A stretch of 60,455 nucleotides of DNA from Bacteroidales bacterium (GTDB lineage Bacteria; Bacteroidota; Bacteroidia; Bacteroidales; UBA7960): the NCBI GenBank assembly GCA_003552075.1, contig PUOJ01000056.1:1-60455 (forward strand), given 5' to 3'. The position numbers were made by a program, and so were the translations under genes. This document shows positions 58,985 through 60,455 of the stretch, piece by piece. Each line of letters begins with the position of its first letter. Positions within the stretch are counted from its first letter, which is position 1. The notes below the pieces were generated by a model, which saw nothing but the letters and a program-made list of their open reading frames with translations, was not told the DNA's origin and made no database searches.

Positions 58985-59125
58985 AGACACAGGGTTGTGG
59001 AAGATTGTTTCGTCCTGAAATAGGGTTTCACTTTTTGTTAACAAAAATCAGGACGGGTCAAAGATTTTTGCAGAAAATATAAGCTAGAGGGGGTTTGTTA
59101 AATCGTTTGTTAGGTTTTAAAAGTC

Positions 59126-60455
59126 ATGAAGAGATTGCGTGCGTATGTCCTGGTGTTGCTTTTTGCGGTGTACCCGGTGTTGGCACTGTATGCCCATAAT
59201 ATTGCAGAACTTGCGCTTGCACAACTGCTGATGCCATTGTTGGCTTCGCTGGTTTTGGCCATCCTGGTTTTTGCAGGCTGGCGGATGTATACGCGCAGCA
59301 ATACGCCAGCCGCCATACTTACTGCCACCTTTCTGACAGTCTTTTGGTTTTATGGGATATTGCACGAGGTGTTTCCGTTTTTTTCAACCGGCACGGCGCA
59401 TTGGTTGCTGATTCCATTGGTGTTGGTGCTATACGGATTGGTTGCCCGCCTAATTTTGCGGACAAGCCATGCCGCCACCCTAAACAAGACATCCACGATT
59501 CTTTTGATACCCGTGGCCTTTCTGGTGCTATACAACCTGTTGATCATGTTGCCTGCGGAAGCGGATAAATATCGCACACGGCAGGCTGCCCAACAACCTT
59601 CACCCCCGGAAACACCTCAAGAGGTCGCGGATGCCGGGGATTATCCCGACATTTTCATCCTGGTCTTTGATGAACTTGCCAGCTTACCCAGCATGCAGGA
59701 GGTCTGGCAGCATGATCACAGCGCATTTGCAGAAAGCCTTCGTGATCACGGTTTTTTTGTGGCCGAACAGAGCAAAAGCCGCTTTACCAATACGATCCGG
59801 TCACTGCCTTCCCTGATGAACCTGGATTACCTGGATGAGGATTTGCCGGCAGCAAGTCTCTATCAGAAATATGACAACAACTTTCTGATGAACTTCCTGA
59901 ACCGGGCTGGATACGAGATCTTTTTTATTGATGGATGGGGTAGCTTTGAATATTCTTTCGGCATCGAAGACATTAATTTTTACTGCATGTATAATACCGA
60001 CCCGGAAAACCAGGTGGTGATGGACCCCTTTCACTACCTGGTGCTGCGCCGTTCATTGCTGAGTCCCCTGGCCCCGCTTTTCATCGACGACATCTCCAAC
60101 CTGTATTACCGGGTCAACAAATATTTTCTCGACTTCATCACGCACTTCCCGGATACCTTGCAAACCCGTGAGCATCCCGTGATGTTGTATGCCCACCTGA
60201 TGACCCCGCATCTTCCCTTTGTCTTCGACCGCGATGGGAACTTCATGGAGAATCCAACCAATCATTGGGAATATGAAACCATCAACAATGAAACGAAACG
60301 GGCGCTTTACTTTGAACAGTACCTCTACATCAGCGACAGGATTATCGATATGGTAAACAACATACTGAAGGAGGCTCCCAGGGAACCGGTGATCATGCTG
60401 TTTTCGGATCATGGCGTACGGGAGCCAAGCAGTGGCGTGACCGACCCGGAGCACG
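59126..60455 (+). CDS. membrane-anchored sulfatase-like / alkaline-phosphatase-superfamily transferase (LTA-synthase-like architecture), 3' end beyond the window
   Basis: Not in the supplied ORF track because it has no stop in the window. I read 443 consecutive sense codons from the ATG at 59126. About 4 N-terminal TM helices are followed by YPDIFILVFDELAS, HLMTPHLPFVFD and VIMLFSDHG motifs. Confidence 0.65.
   Translation, partial: MKRLRAYVLVLLFAVYPVLALYAHNIAELALAQLLMPLLASLVLAILVFAGWRMYTRSNTPAAILTATFLTVFWFYGILHEVFPFFSTGTAHWLLIPLVLVLYGLVARLILRTSHAATLNKTSTILLIPVAFLVLYNLLIMLPAEADKYRTRQAAQQPSPPETPQEVADAGDYPDIFILVFDELASLPSMQEVWQHDHSAFAESLRDHGFFVAEQSKSRFTNTIRSLPSLMNLDYLDEDLPAASLYQKYDNNFLMNFLNRAGYEIFFIDGWGSFEYSFGIEDINFYCMYNTDPENQVVMDPFHYLVLRRSLLSPLAPLFIDDISNLYYRVNKYFLDFITHFPDTLQTREHPVMLYAHLMTPHLPFVFDRDGNFMENPTNHWEYETINNETKRALYFEQYLYISDRIIDMVNNILKEAPREPVIMLFSDHGVREPSSGVTDPEH

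Overview
The window reads as a mostly housekeeping chromosomal segment of a Bacteroidota-type genome. Supporting this: two secreted peptidases carry Por/T9SS C-terminal sorting domains, there is a PorW/SprE-like lipoprotein, the atp operon runs atpB-E-F-H-A-G without atpD/atpC, several genes have TAnnTTTG -7 promoter motifs, and Shine-Dalgarno sites are rare. I can support about 55 protein genes. They include valS, lplA-like, rnz, rseP, dxr, the ATP synthase operon, truA, hpt, adk, obg, a photolyase, the thrS-infC-rpmI-rplT operon, nnr, holA, kdsC and maf. I did not recognise any rRNA, tRNA, CRISPR array, transposase or integrase. The observations most worth follow-up are these. (1) An orphan 203-aa beta-rich protein (45862-46473, minus) whose motif order resembles a gasdermin N-terminal pore-forming domain. 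It ends right after the last strand and has no adjacent protease. (2) A family of imperfect tandem heptanucleotide arrays in four intergenic or 3'-flanking positions (41.2, 46.8, 56.5 and 58.9 kb). One 23-nt block is shared in inverted orientation between two of these loci. (3) A DUF3127 OB-fold protein with an SSB-like acidic C-terminal tip, flanked by imperfect direct repeats. (4) A trimmed XdhC / ygeY / ygeW / amidase cluster. (5) A PNPOx-family gene interrupted by an in-frame TAG. (6) infC, which needs a non-AUG start. (7) A 443-codon open frame running off the 3' window edge that the ORF track does not list. All functional calls come from reading the translations by eye; no searches were run.
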